Below, in pieces: positions 11,719 through 24,015 of a stretch of DNA of 64,000 nt; the first letter of the stretch is position 1, and each line of letters begins with the position of its first letter. The notes under the pieces were generated by a model. The model was given only the letters and a program-made list of their open reading frames with translations. It was not told the DNA's origin and did not search any database. This DNA comes from Mustelus asterias. Taxonomy: Eukaryota. The stretch covers positions 37,076,001 through 37,140,000 of the forward strand of contig NC_135826.1 in assembly GCF_964213995.1 (NCBI RefSeq). Reading direction: 5' to 3'. Made by a program: the position numbers and the translations under genes.

Positions 11719-13261
11719 GTAAGTATGCTTCACCCATATCGATCCATCTGCAACTAACACTGAGAGCACACTTCCAACATCCTGAGTTCCAGAGAGCAAA
11801 CACATGAAGTTACATCTTCGAATCAGGACTCAGAGCAGGAAGCAAAGTTATATCAGAAATAAAAACCGAAAATGTTGGAAAAGCTCAGCAGGGATATTAG
11901 GCAGCAGCAGAAAAGCTGAGTTAATAGAGCGGAATTTTCCATTCTCTTCACAGAGTGCTGGCTGAGGCACGAAGACTGTTGTGTAACTCACTGGCTGCAA
12001 AGCCGACTTCTCTTGCCAGATAATCCAGCCCATCTGTGCAGAAAAGAATCTGCAGGCGTGGCCCACACCATCCTGCTGGCGGGATGGGACCGGACAAAGC
12101 CAGCAGCCGGGAATCCAGAGATCGGGACACCGTTGTTGACGGATGCCCCAATCTCCAATAGGCAACGTAGGAACCCCCCCCCCCCCCCCCCCCCGCCACA
12201 CAGATATGGGGACACCCGCCCGCCCACAGGTATGGTGAACCTTCGTAACATGCACAAGGGAAACGCTCCCAACCGATAAGGCCTTCCTGCCCCATGGAGC
12301 TCCCCAGAGAGTAGTGCCTCTGTACTGCCCGGTGGGCATCCCTCTTCTCCCAGTGCATCCACAGTGCAGTTAGGAAGGAAATTGCAGGACTTTGACCCAG
12401 TGACAGTGAAGGTATGGCGGTATATTTCCAAGGCAGGACAGACAAGTGGCTTGGAGGGAAACCTGTGAGAGGTGACGTTCCCACGCATCGGCTGCCTTTG
12501 CCCTTCTAGGTGGTAGAGGTTGCGGGTTTAGAAGGAGCCCTGGTGAGTTGCTGCAGTGCATCTGGATGGTGCACACTGCTGCCACTGTGCAATAGTGGTG
12601 GAGGCAGTGCATATTGAAGGTGGAGGATGGGGAAGGCTGCTTTGTCCTGGATGGTATAGAGCTTTTTGAGAGTTGATGGAGCTACACTCATCCAGGCAAG
12701 TGGAGACTATTCCATCACACTCTTGACTTCAACCTTGCTGATGGTGGAGAGATATTTGGGAGATAGGAGGTGGGTTACACGCCACAAAATTCCCAGCCCC
12801 TGAACAGCTCTTTTAGCCACAGTATTCGGTGACTGGTCCAGTTCATTTCCCGGTCAATGGTAATCCCCCCACAGACTGTTGATAATGTGGATTTCAGTGA
12901 TGGTAATGTCTTTGAATATCATGGGGAGATGGTTAGATTCTCTCTTGTTGGGGATGGGCATTGTCTGATGATTGTGAGTTCCAAATGTTATTTGCCACTT
13001 CTCAGCCCAAGCCTGAATATTGTCTTGCTGCACATGGACACAGACTGTGTCACTATCTGAGGAGTCATGATGAGTGCTGAATATTGTGCAATCATCACCA
13101 AATTCTCCCTAAACTACAAATCCAATTTCAACATATAACAATTTTAAACTCACCACATGATATTATAACTCAAGCTTTCTCGGGACCTCACACCGTGGAA
13201 TTCTCACCTTCCTCAGATTGTCCTTCATCCTGTAACGCACAAGCTTTTCAAAACCATGTGT

Positions 13262-13510
13262 TCATAAGTTCATAAGATATAGGAGCAGAATTAGGCCATT
13301 CGGCCCATCAAGTCCGCTCCGCCATTCGATCATGGCTGATATGCTCCTCGTCCCCATTTTCCTCCCTTCTTCCCATAACCCTCCAACGCAATACCAATTA
13401 AAAATGTGTCTAACTCCTCCTTAAATTTACTCACTGTCCCAGCATCCACTGCACTTTTGGGGCAGTGAATTCCACAGATTCATAACCCTTTGGGAGAAGT
13501 AGTTTCTCCT
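13262..13510 (-). mobile_element. CR1 3' fragment
   Basis: CR1 3' UTR (GGCCATTCGGCCC..CATGGCTGAT) with short tandem tail. Confidence 0.7.
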
Positions 13511-13586
13511 GATATGTTGCCCATAATGTCTCCAAAGTGAACAGTTAAAACTCATAAGACTGACAAATAATGAATTTTATCCTCAG

Positions 13587-13709
13587 ATCATGATGAATGT
13601 GCCACTACCAACATGTGCCTGAATGGAATGTGCATTAATGAGGATGGCAGCTTCAAATGTATCTGCAAAAATGGCTTTGTCTTAGCTCCGAATGGCCGAT
13701 ACTGTGTGG
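13587..13709 (+). CDS. FBN3: Fibrillin exon, cbEGF5
   Basis: ctcag|..|gtaag; [41 protein letters not shown]; 123 nt; not in the ORF track. Confidence 0.95.
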
Positions 13710-13847
13710 GTAAGGATCTACTACTAGGTGCTCCTGTATGGGTAAGAATCTATTAACTGCAAGCTATTGAGTAAGTAAGGTCCCACTCCCAGTGAAACTG
13801 ATAAATGTACAAGGAGCCTAGTGAAACAGACTATCTATCCCTTAATA

Positions 13848-14317
13848 TGAAACATAGAAGATAGGAGCACGAGGAGGCTATTCGGCCCTTTGAGCCTGCT
13901 CCGCCATTCACTACGATCATGGCTGATCATCCAACTCAATAGCCTAATCTTGCTTTCTCCCCATAACCTTAGATCCCATTTGCCCCAAGTGCTACATCCA
14001 GTCGCCTCTTGAACACATTCAATGTTTTGGCATCAACTACGTCTTGTGGCTCACCACTTACACCGCTTACAGAGGCTCACCACTCTTTGGGTGAAGAAAT
14101 GTCTCCTCACCTCTGTCCTAAATGGTCTACCCGAATCCTCAGACTGTGACCCCTGGTTCTGGACTCCCCCACCATTGGGAACATCCTCCCTGCATCTACC
14201 CTGGCTAGTCCTGTTAGAATTTAATAAGTCTCTATGAGGTCCCCCCCCTCATTCTTCTAAACTCCAGTGAAAACAATCCTAACCTAGTCAATCTCTCCTC
14301 ATACATCAGTCCCGCTG
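13848..14317 (-). mobile_element. CR1 3' fragment; same subfamily as 27790-29030 and 49945-50505
   Basis: Shared CACCACTCTTTGGGTGAAGAAATGTCTCCTCACC block. Confidence 0.8.
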
Positions 14318-14730
14318 TCTTATTACATATTCTGAAATGCCCCAAGGCGCCTGGCATACAGTGAGTTATTATTGGTGACTGTTATGTAAACAGTTGCGAA
14401 CGAAATAGTTTGTGCCCAGCAAGATCATACAAACAATGATGATGACTGGCTGCTGATGTATTTTTGATGATTTTGGTTAGAGGGGACAGGTGGTACAAAA
14501 GGTACAGAGGGGACAGCATCAACTGTACAAAGTAACTAATTGTGTTCAATTATTTTCCATCTCCTGCCCACGTAACTCGCTGGGTGAGGGCCTAGGAAGC
14601 CGATTCCTTCAGAGCTGCGTCTCTGACTGTCTGGCTATCCTCTAAGTTGATTGGCACGGTGGGATGAGTTCCACAACACACATTGCACTGTGGAGGCACA
14701 AATAGCAACACAGAACAAAAATATACTTGT

Positions 14731-14866
14731 ATAAAGGGAAAATACTGCGGGTGCTGGAATCTGAAACCAAAACAGAAAATGCTGGAGAAACTCAGCAGAT
14801 CTGACAGCGTCTGTGGGGAGAGAAGAGAGCCAATGTTTCGAGTCAAGATGACCCTTCGTCAGAGCT
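14731..14866 (-). mobile_element. PLE pLTR (family B) with hammerhead motif at about 14828-14866
   Basis: Reverse complement agct-CTGACGA-a-gggtc/atctt/gactc-GAAA-ca-TT-ggct. Confidence 0.7.
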
Positions 14867-15335
14867 TGTTTCTTTTTGTCCTCTTCTGTGATTGTTCGTC
14901 CCAATTCCCTTCTCCGGGAGACGCTGGTAGATACTGGGGTACAACTGCTGGTCACCCTTCGGTACCTCACTTATGTGGCCATTCTTTACCAATCTAGACA
15001 GTGTCAGACCATGAAGATCATCACAGCTGAGTCCGATTCTCTCTCACTAACATCCACAAAGGGATTCTATAGCAGAATTCCCGAATCGAGATTCCTGACT
15101 GTGCTTTCCCCTCTCCCTAGCCCAGTGGTGTTGAGAGCAACCCTTTCCTGCTCTAGCTCAGGTCAGCATCATTGAACGTGGCTTCTCACTGTTTTCTGAA
15201 ACAGTTCAACACTGGATAAACACTCAGGAGAGTGTGTCGAGGGTTTGAATTGGTTTCAGTGCTCTGTTTCTCACTAGTTGCAACTTAATTTGAACCAAAC
15301 TTCTGACCCCGAATGATTCTCCTTCCTCCTTGTAG

Positions 15336-15458
15336 ATATTGATGAATGTCACACACCTGGTATCTGTATGAATGGTCGCTGCATTAACTCAGAAGGTTCC
15401 TTCAGATGCGAATGCCCTCCAGGTCTGGCCATTGGAGTGGATGGACGTGTGTGTGTCG
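15336..15458 (+). CDS. FBN3: Fibrillin exon, cbEGF6
   Basis: tgtag|..|gtagg; [41 protein letters not shown]; 123 nt. Confidence 0.95.
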
Positions 15459-15684
15459 GTAGGTAATTTAAACTAGTAAATAACCATTACAGAGATTCCC
15501 AACAGTGATGACTGTTAAATGCATACGGAGTGTGCTGTGACTTATTTCTTGTAAGAATGCATTTCCATTCAAAGTGCATTTCCACTCTGTCTCACACTGT
15601 TAGTATTCGATTTCAACTCACAATGCTGTCGGTTTACCACATTCAATGGTCTGCCTCAGCTTGAGATGTCGACTCAAACTCATT

Positions 15685-16000
15685 GATTATAGAATCATAG
15701 AATCCCTACAGCGCAGAAGGAGGCCATTTGGCCCATCGAGCCTGCACTGACCACAATCCCATCCAGGCTCTATCCCCATAACTCCATATATCCATCCCGC
15801 TAATCTTCTAATCTACGCATCGCGGAACACTAAGCAGCCATTTAGCACGACCAATGTACCTAACCAGCTCATCCTTGGACTCTGGGAGGAAACCAAAGCA
15901 CCCAGAGAAAACCCACGCAGACACAGGGAGAATGTGCAAACTCCACACAAACAGTTACCCAAGCCGTGAGGCAGCAGTGCTAACCATTGTGCCACCGTGC
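15685..16000 (-). mobile_element. HE1-type V-SINE
   Basis: V core and tail as in other copies. Confidence 0.8.
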
Positions 16001-16018
16001 CTCCCTCACCTTCTGTAA

Positions 16019-16420
<402 letters not shown>

Positions 16421-16499
16421 TAGAAGAGAATCCAAGTAGAAGTGAAAAGCTGAGTGTCACACCATCATCTTCCAAACAATCAACACCCTGTGTTAGCCT

Positions 16500-17300
16500 G
16501 TGCAGGGCAGGTGGATGAGGCGGTTAAGAAGGCTTATGGGGTACTTGCCTTCATTAGCCGAGGCATAGGAAGGATTGGGAAGGATTGCGTTGCATTCAAG
16601 AGCGTGCAGAGGAGATTCACCAGGACGTTGCCTGGGCTGGAGGGTTTCTGCTATGAAGGGAGGCTGGTTAGGCTGGGTTAGAGAAGTGAAGGCTGAGGGG
16701 GGGAACCTGATTGAGGTGCACAAGATTATGAGGGACGTAGATAGGGTAGTCAGGAAGAAGCTTTTCCTCTTAGTAAAGGGGTCAATAACCAGGGAGCGTA
16801 GCTTTAAGATAAGGAACAGGAGATTTAGAGGGGATTTGGGAAAAAGTATTTTCACCCAGTGGGTGGTGGCAGTCTGGAACTCAGTGCCTGAAAGGGTGGT
16901 GGATGCAGGAACCCTCACAATATGTAAGAAGGCCATCATGTGGAGATGCCGGCGTTGGACTGGGGTGGGCACAGTAAGAAGTCTCACAACATCAGGTTAA
17001 AGCCCAACAGATTTATTTGGAATCACGAGCTTTCGGAGCGCTGCTCCTTCACCAGTTGAGTGACTCATGATTCCAAATAAACCTGTTGAACTTTAACCTG
17101 GTGTTGTGAGACTTTTTACAATATATAAGAAGCATTTAGACGAGCACTTTAAACGCCACAGCATACAAGGCGACGGACAAAGTGCTGGAAAATGGGATTA
17201 GAATAGATAGGTGCTTGGTGGCCGTATCTTGGTGGCCCAGATACGATGGGCCGAATGGCCTCTTTTTGTGCTGTAACACTCGATGGTTCTGTGATTCTAT
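16500..17300 (+). mobile_element. CR1 3' fragment carrying a PLE family A fold-back insertion (about 16932-17117)
   Basis: CR1 peptides VQRRFTR.LPG and FTQ.VV.VWN; near-TSD ACAATAT(G/A)TAAGAAG at 16917-16931 and 17118-17132. Confidence 0.75.
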
Positions 17301-18422
17301 GTGTATTTTGTTGATATTTATTGTTGTAATTTTCCTTCTTCGGCAACCTTCTGACCCTTTGCTACATCTGAACGCTAGTTTGTAGGGACATAACGAGTTA
17401 TATTTTCTGAAGAAAGTTAGTGGGAAGATTTCCATTTTGCCTGACCTGCAGCGGGAGGGAAGCCATTGAGTGAGAAGCTGCAGAGAAGGACATGAGCTCC
17501 TCCTGCTGGCTGCTCAGACACATTGGCCTTCAGCCACAGCACAGAAAAAACTGACTTGGGAGGAGGACAAATCCTGTGGATTGTGCCGCTCGTGTGGAAA
17601 ATGCCATCCAGCTTTTCTCTCAGATTGCAATCGTGAATCAATTAGGATAATAAAGGGAATCGAGGGTCGTGGGGGACAGGAAGGAAAGTGGAGCTAGGGT
17701 CACAATTGGATCAGCCATGATCCTATTGGGTGGCAGAGCAAATTCAATGGGCTGAATGGCCTACTCCTCTTATTCCTTATGATTGCATAATTATGATTTT
17801 AAATTACTTGCCAGAAGGAAATAAAATTGTTCAAAAGTTTGCACATTTATTATTTAAGATGATAAAACTGAATGTACTAAAGAATAAAATCAGAAGAATT
17901 GCCTGGTAGTTATTAAGTTCAGCTACCGCTTTGGGCAGCTCATTAAACACTTACCCGTTTAAAAATCTCCGCTGATTTCAGCCAGGTCCTCAAGCAATTC
18001 CAAAGCTTTGCTAACCCCCTGTATTGTTTAATCCTCGGCAGCATTCATCTTCCCAACCAACATCACTAAAACAGATTATCTGGTCATTAACACGTAACTT
18101 TTTATGGGATCCTGCTGTGCGCAATTGGCTGCAGGGTTTCCCACATTATAACAGCGATTACACTTCCAAATCCTCTCCAGTGGCTGTAAAAAAAGCCCTT
18201 CGGGGTCGCCTGAGATCAGGATAGGTGCTACGTAAATGCAATTATTTTCACATTATTTATCGGCTGATTTCAGGTAAAGTTGGGACTTCAAGCAGTTTAC
18301 GTCAGATGTTCGCATTTTGGTAAAGTGAGATTCCAGCTGTATCCAGTGCGGGGAAATTAAAACAAAAGGTGCTGGAAATACTCAGGTCAGGCAGCATCTC
18401 TGGAGAGAGAGAGAGAGTTAAG

Positions 18423-18558
18423 GGCCGGAATTCTCCGCCCTCGCCCGCGGCTAGGATTATCCAGTCCCGCTGCCGTGAATGGAGATTTGGCTGAGCGCCA
18501 AGTTCTCCGTTCTCGCTGGCAGCCGTAGCGAGGTGTGCGAGACCGGAGAATTCCGGCC
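18423..18558. mobile_element. MITE, PIF/Harbinger-like
   Basis: Perfect 14-bp TIR GGCCGGAATTCTCC..GGAGAATTCCGGCC; 3-bp TSD AAG. Confidence 0.8.
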
Positions 18559-18704
18559 AAGGTTGCAGGGGGATTTTGCCCTTTCGTCCGAACCTTTTTG
18601 CTCAGTGAGATTTCCTTGTTGGTTTCTCGCCGCCTTGGTTTTATTGTCCACCTCAAATAGTGGGGGATTGTAGCACCTACTGAATCCTCAGGAGCACCAA
18701 GGCC

Positions 18705-19075
18705 ATAAGATGTCGAAGCAGAGGTAGGCCATTCGACCCATCAAATCTGCTCCATCATTCAATGCGATCATGACTGATCTGATGTGAGAATCCTTAACTC
18801 CACTTTCCCGCCTTATCCCTGTAACCTTTGATTCCCTTGCTGATTAAAAATCTGACTATCTCAGCCTTTAACATTAATGACCCAGTCTCTACTGCCCGCT
18901 GCAGTAAAGAATTCCACATATTCATTACCCTCTGAGAGAAGAAATTTCTCCTCATCTCCGTCTTAAATGGGTGACCCCTTACTCTGAGATTATGCCCTCT
19001 GTTTCCAGACTCCCACAAGGGGAACAACCTCTCAGCACCTACCCTGTCAAGCCCCCTGAGAATCCTATAGGTCCC
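18705..19075 (-). mobile_element. CR1 3' fragment
   Basis: ORF 18794..19084 peptide RRNFFSQRVMNMWNSL. Confidence 0.8.
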
Positions 19076-19169
19076 AAAGCACATAAAAAAGATGAATTAT
19101 TTATCTGAAGTGCAATCAGTGTTCTTAGGTCAGGAGGGAGCGCTGATCGTGTGATCTGGTAAGGAGAAT

Positions 19170-19533
19170 GGACGTCAGTGGCATTGTCACTGGACTAGTT
19201 GGCCCAGGCTCTGGGGGTCATGGGTTCAAATCCCAGCAGGGCAGCTGGTGGAATTTAAATTCAGTTCATAAAATTTGGAATTGAAGGCTAATCTCAGTAA
19301 TGAAGGCTGTGAGAACAACCAGCAATTTTTGTGAAAACCTACCCGGTTCACTAATGCCCCTCAGGGAAGAATGTCTTCCATCCTTACCCAGCCGGGCCTA
19401 CATGTGACTCCAGACCCACAGCAATGTGATTGACTCTTAACTGCCCTCTGAAAGAGCCTGGCAAGCCACTCAGTTGAGGATAATTAGAGATGGGCAACAA
19501 ATGCTGGCCTTGTCAGTGACACCCACATCCCAT
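19170..19533 (+). mobile_element. tRNA-derived SINE sharing its 3' tail with the old LINE family at 8850-9505
   Basis: B-box GGTTCAAATCCC; tail AATTAG.GATGGGCAACAAATG..CCCACATCCCA also at 9446-9497. Confidence 0.6.
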
Positions 19534-19534
19534 G

Positions 19535-19875
19535 GAAGACGGTAGCACAGTGGTTAGCACTGCTGCCTCACAGCTCCAGGGACCTGGGTTCGATTCCCGG
19601 CTTGGGTCACTGTCTGTGTGGAGTTTGCATGTTCTCCCCGTGTCTGCGTGGGTTTCCTCCGGGTGCTCCGGTTTCCTCCCACAGTCCAAAGATGTGCGGG
19701 TTAGGTTGATTGGCCATGCTAAAAAAGAAATTGCCCCTTAGTGTTCTGGGATGCGTAGGTTAGAGGGATTAGTGGGTAAATATGTAGGGATATGGGGGTA
19801 GGGCATGGGTGGGATTGTGGTCGGTGCAGACACGATGGGCCGAATGGCCTCTTTCTGTACTGTAGGGTTTCTATG
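19535..19875 (+). mobile_element. HE1-type V-SINE (young)
   Basis: Intact A/B boxes and V core. Confidence 0.85.
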
Positions 19876-20066
19876 AATAAATGTGAAAGATAAGGTGGAG
19901 TGATCATGGTCCTTGGATTTCTTTCATCCATTTCCCGAACAGAATTCCCTGTAAGTGATATTCCCTGCTGGAAATGCTCAGGCCCTGGATTATTTTCTGT
20001 GGTTGATGGCAGAGACTTAGATTGCCGTCTTTCTGACTTGCTTCATTCTCCCTCTTGTTTTCACAG

Positions 20067-20120
20067 CTGAATTTCAGGCTTTGTGCAGCAGTGGTATCGG
20101 AATCACAGCTGATGGGCGAG
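20067..20120 (+). CDS. FBN3: Fibrillin small exon, TB2 (second part)
   Basis: cacag|CT..G|gtagg; AEFQALCSSGIGITADGR; 54 nt. Confidence 0.93.
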
Positions 20121-20340
20121 GTAGGGACAAGCACAACCGGTCCGTCTGACTGGCGTCGCTGAATCTTCACCGCGTGAAAACCAAATCGTATTGCGTTTCA
20201 TTTTCCTTGTGCGCAAACCTCAACAGAAGCAGATTTTAACCTGTGGGCGCGGCTGGATAAAAGGCAGAATAACTTTGGGTCGCTTGTATCATTGACCAAT
20301 GTCATTCTGTCACTGACTTAGTCAACTCTTTCCTACATAT

Positions 20341-20672
20341 GGGGTGGCACGGTGGCACAGTGGGTTAGCACTGCTGCTTCACAACTCTAGGGACCCGGGT
20401 TTGATTCCCAGCTCGGGTCACTGTCTGTGTGGACTTTGCACATTGTCTGCGTGGGTTTCTTCCGGGTGCTCCGGTTTCCTCCCACACTCCAAAGATGTGC
20501 GGGTTATGTTGATTGGCCATGCTAAATTGGCCTTTAGTGTCCCAGGATGTATAGGTTAGTGGGGTAAATGTGTGGGGTTGTAGGGATAGGGCCTGGGGTG
20601 GGATGATTGTCGGTGCAGACTCGATGGGCCGAATGGCCTCCTTCTGCACTGTTGGGTTCTATGATTCTATGA
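20341..20672 (+). mobile_element. HE1-type V-SINE
   Basis: V core; (ATTCTATG)n tail. Confidence 0.85.
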
Positions 20673-21334
20673 TATTGAGGATTTCCGTGAAAGTGATTAG
20701 CTCTTTCCTCATTAACTGTCTGTAAAAAGGCTGAAAGAGGGATTCAAAATATTCCAGCATCGTTTTAATAAATAGTATGGGGCAAATTTTCCGGTCTTAC
20801 CCACCGCGGGAATCGTCGCAGGCAGACGGAATATTTGACAGATCATTTAAAGGTCTGTTGACCTGGGGCTGGAATTTCCAGTCTTGGGGTGGGGGTGACT
20901 GGAAAATCCCGTATGTCTATATGGGATAGTTTTATCTTCAAGGCTTTTTGGCCAAAGCATCTGATTTGTAGTTTCACGGAAAAATAGTCATAATATGGCA
21001 CTCAAATTCCAAAATGAGGCTCTAACCCCTTGTAACAAGGATGGGATTTGATTTGCTGAGTAACTGCAGAGCTGGACAAGTAGTTCTAATCCCCCTGACA
21101 CCAAGGGGCAATTTAGCATGGCCAGTCCACCTAACCTGCACATCTTTGGAGTGTGGGAGGAGATCGGAGCACCCGAAGGAAACCCACGCAGACACAGGGA
21201 GAAAGTGCAAACTCCATACAGTCACCCGATGCTGGAATTGATGTACAGTTAATGTGTTCCCTGATCATGCTGAGTGAAAATGAGGAGAGAGGACAATAAA
21301 GCACTGGTTAGAATACATTTTGTGTTGCTCCTAG

Positions 21335-21460
21335 ATATTAACGAGTGTGCCTTGGACCCTGATATCTGTGCCAATGGGAACTGTGAGAACCTGCGTGGCA
21401 GTTACCGCTGTATCTGTAACATCGGCTACGAGTCTGACGTCAGTGGCAAGAATTGTGTCG
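21335..21460 (+). CDS. FBN3: Fibrillin exon, cbEGF7
   Basis: cctag|..|gtaag; [42 protein letters not shown]; 126 nt. Confidence 0.95.
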
Positions 21461-21914
21461 GTAAGTGTGGCATCCTGATCCACTGTGGGTCATTTTATAC
21501 TCTGCCTTCCCTGAAAGCACATCCGTTATCGTATGAATCAAATCAGGAGTAACTGTGTTACACTTTTTGCTGTTGGTCGATCTTTCAGATGTAAATGAAG
21601 CCACTTGTCGATTTAAAGCCCGAATTTTAGTTGGGAAAAGGTATATATTCAGTCCACTATCCAGGAGGGCAGAATCGCACTTGCTGTTATAGTCCAGTAG
21701 ATTGTATACAGAATGCTTCACCCTCTATTGGACAGAAAGGAGGAACATTCCAGGTTAGAGGGCATGGTCAACAACTCCAAATCAATGAAAATATCTTGCG
21801 CAAAAACACAAAAGTTTGACTCATTTCACTTCCTTCTCCCTCCTTGCGACCACTGAGTAACGTCCAATCACCCTGAGCCCATCAAAATACAAATATCAGC
21901 ACCTAGAATCCAGA

Positions 21915-22233
21915 TCATAGAATCCCTGCAGTGCAAAAGGAGGCCATTCAGCCCATCGAGCCTGCAACGAGGACGATCCCACCCAGGCCCTATCCCCGTA
22001 ACCCCACATATTTACCCTGCTAAAGCCCCTGACACTAAAGGGGCAACTTAGCATGGCCAGTCCACCTAACCCGTACACCTTTGGAGTGTGGGAAGAAACC
22101 GGAGCACCCGGAGGAACCCCACGCACACACAGGGAGAATGTGCAAACTCCACACAGTCACCTAAGACAGGAATTGAACCCGGATCCCTGGCGCTGTGAGG
22201 CAGCAGTGCTAATTACTGTGCCACTGCGCCACC
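21915..22233 (-). mobile_element. HE1-type V-SINE; a partial copy also at about 21080-21240(-)
   Basis: V core and tail on the minus strand. Confidence 0.85.
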
Positions 22234-22639
22234 CCCTGCCTTCTCCTGCTGCCCTCATTATCGTTCTTAGCTCTGGACCCAGCTGCTCCTCCCTCACAAT
22301 ATGCCCGAGTCACACAGATTGTAGGTCATGTAATTATACATCAGGTGTGTGGGAGGAAAAGCAGAAGGGAGCGAATGGCAGGGAGGGATGGATGTGTGGA
22401 CAGGCTGAGCAAGGATGGAGGGGAAAGAGAGTGAGTGAGGTGAATGAGGGAAGGGTGAGTGAGCAGAGGGCTTGTTAGCGGGTACTGGAAAGCTGGGGTA
22501 AATACCGAACCTTGGTACCTCACTGAGATTCACCTGACTCAAGCAGACTGAGGACAATTAGACAATTGCTTCAGTACAGTGTGCTGCATCGATTCCCAGA
22601 ATAATCTACAGTATTACAAAACGATGCCTCTTCCCACAG

Positions 22640-22765
22640 ATATCGACGAGTGTTCTGTCAACATGTTGTTGTGTGATAACGGACTGTGTCGGAACACACC
22701 AGGCAGCTACACGTGCACCTGCCCCACAGGCTATGTCTTCAAACCTGATACTGAAACGTGTGAAG
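22640..22765 (+). CDS. FBN3: Fibrillin exon, cbEGF8
   Basis: cacag|..|gtgag; [42 protein letters not shown]; 126 nt. Confidence 0.95.
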
Positions 22766-23069
22766 GTGAGAATCGAGACATTACCCGACCGGAATGTTCT
22801 TTTTTAGCCAGCGTGTCAGCGGTTCCGATTCCAGGACAGAGAACTTGGATTTATCGCCATGGTTACACTGAGGAGAGAATCACAGTGAGGGCAGATTGAT
22901 TGACACATCCATGCCTCTCTAACCATTTGCCCAGCTATCCCAGAGACATGGTGGCTACTGCTTCTCGAAGACTCCTGCCCTTCCCCCTGCCTGTTTCCAT
23001 GGAGAGGTGTAACATTACTGCAGATTCATAAAGCTGTAGGATCCTTCTGGCTCAGCTGAGCAAAATATC

Positions 23070-23580
23070 ACATACAGCGGACGAGATCCATTGACTCTGT
23101 CTAAACTTCCCGCTGCCTCGGAAAAGAAGCCACTATAATCAAGGACCCCACACACACCCCGGATATATTCTCTTCCACCTTTTTCCATCAGGAAAAAGAT
23201 ACAAAGGTCTGAGAACACGTGCCAACCGACTCAAGAGCAGCTTCTTCCCTGCTGCCGTCAGACTTTTGAACGGACCTACCCTATATTAAGCTGATCTTTC
23301 ACTACACCCTGGCTGGAATTTTACCGGCATTCCCGCTCCAATTCCAGGGGCGGACTCGGCTCGGAGAATGGCATTCTCCGTTGGCCTCGGGTGGGATCGT
23401 ACGAACCTTGGGTGGACGTGCCAATAAAATTCCGCCCCCTATCTGTAAATGTAACACTATATTCTGCACTCTCCCTTCCTTCTCCCCTATGAACAGTATT
23501 TTTTTGTCTGTATAGCACGCAAGAAGCAACACTTTTCACTGTATCCCCAATACATGTGACAATAATAAATCAGATCAAAC
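23070..23580 (+). mobile_element. Rex1/Babar-like LINE 3' fragment with a MITE inserted at 23311-23437
   Basis: Encodes PSGKRYKGLRTRANRLKSSFFPAAVRLLN, typical of the Rex/Babar C-terminus; MITE has TIRs and a CCT TSD. Confidence 0.7.
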
Positions 23581-23716
23581 AATATTATCATTATTGGTCA
23601 ATGAAGGCACATTGATGGCAAATGCAGTAAATGCATGGCCCTCCTGCCTGTAATAACCCAGCATCTGTATCTCCAGTTGTGAGCAAGTGTAAGTAACCGT
23701 GCCTTTGTATTTCCAG

Positions 23717-23836
23717 ATGTGAATGAGTGTGAATCCAGCCCGTGTGTGAATGGTTACTGCCGAAATATGGCGGGCTCGTTCATCTGCGAATGTTCACTTG
23801 GCAGCAAATTGGATCCAACCAGGACTATCTGCATTG
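23717..23836 (+). CDS. FBN3: Fibrillin exon, cbEGF9
   Basis: tccag|..|gtaag; [40 protein letters not shown]; 120 nt. Confidence 0.95.
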
Positions 23837-24015
23837 GTAAGTCATGCGGTGCCAAGGCATCACTTTACCCAGTGCCATGCTCCCCAAGGGAAGAGTCTGG
23901 AGATCAGTCTGTAACCCAGGCCCTTTCTCTCTTCGCGTTCACCAGACTATGAGCTGCAAGGCTGTGTTGTGGACTGAGTCCTGTTTTATTCATGGTTTAA
24001 TTTGGGGTTTATCTC

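Noticed and set aside
19535-19600. tRNA-like sequence with A and B boxes
   Set aside because: It is the head of a V-SINE, continuous with the SINE core and tail, and occurs in many copies.
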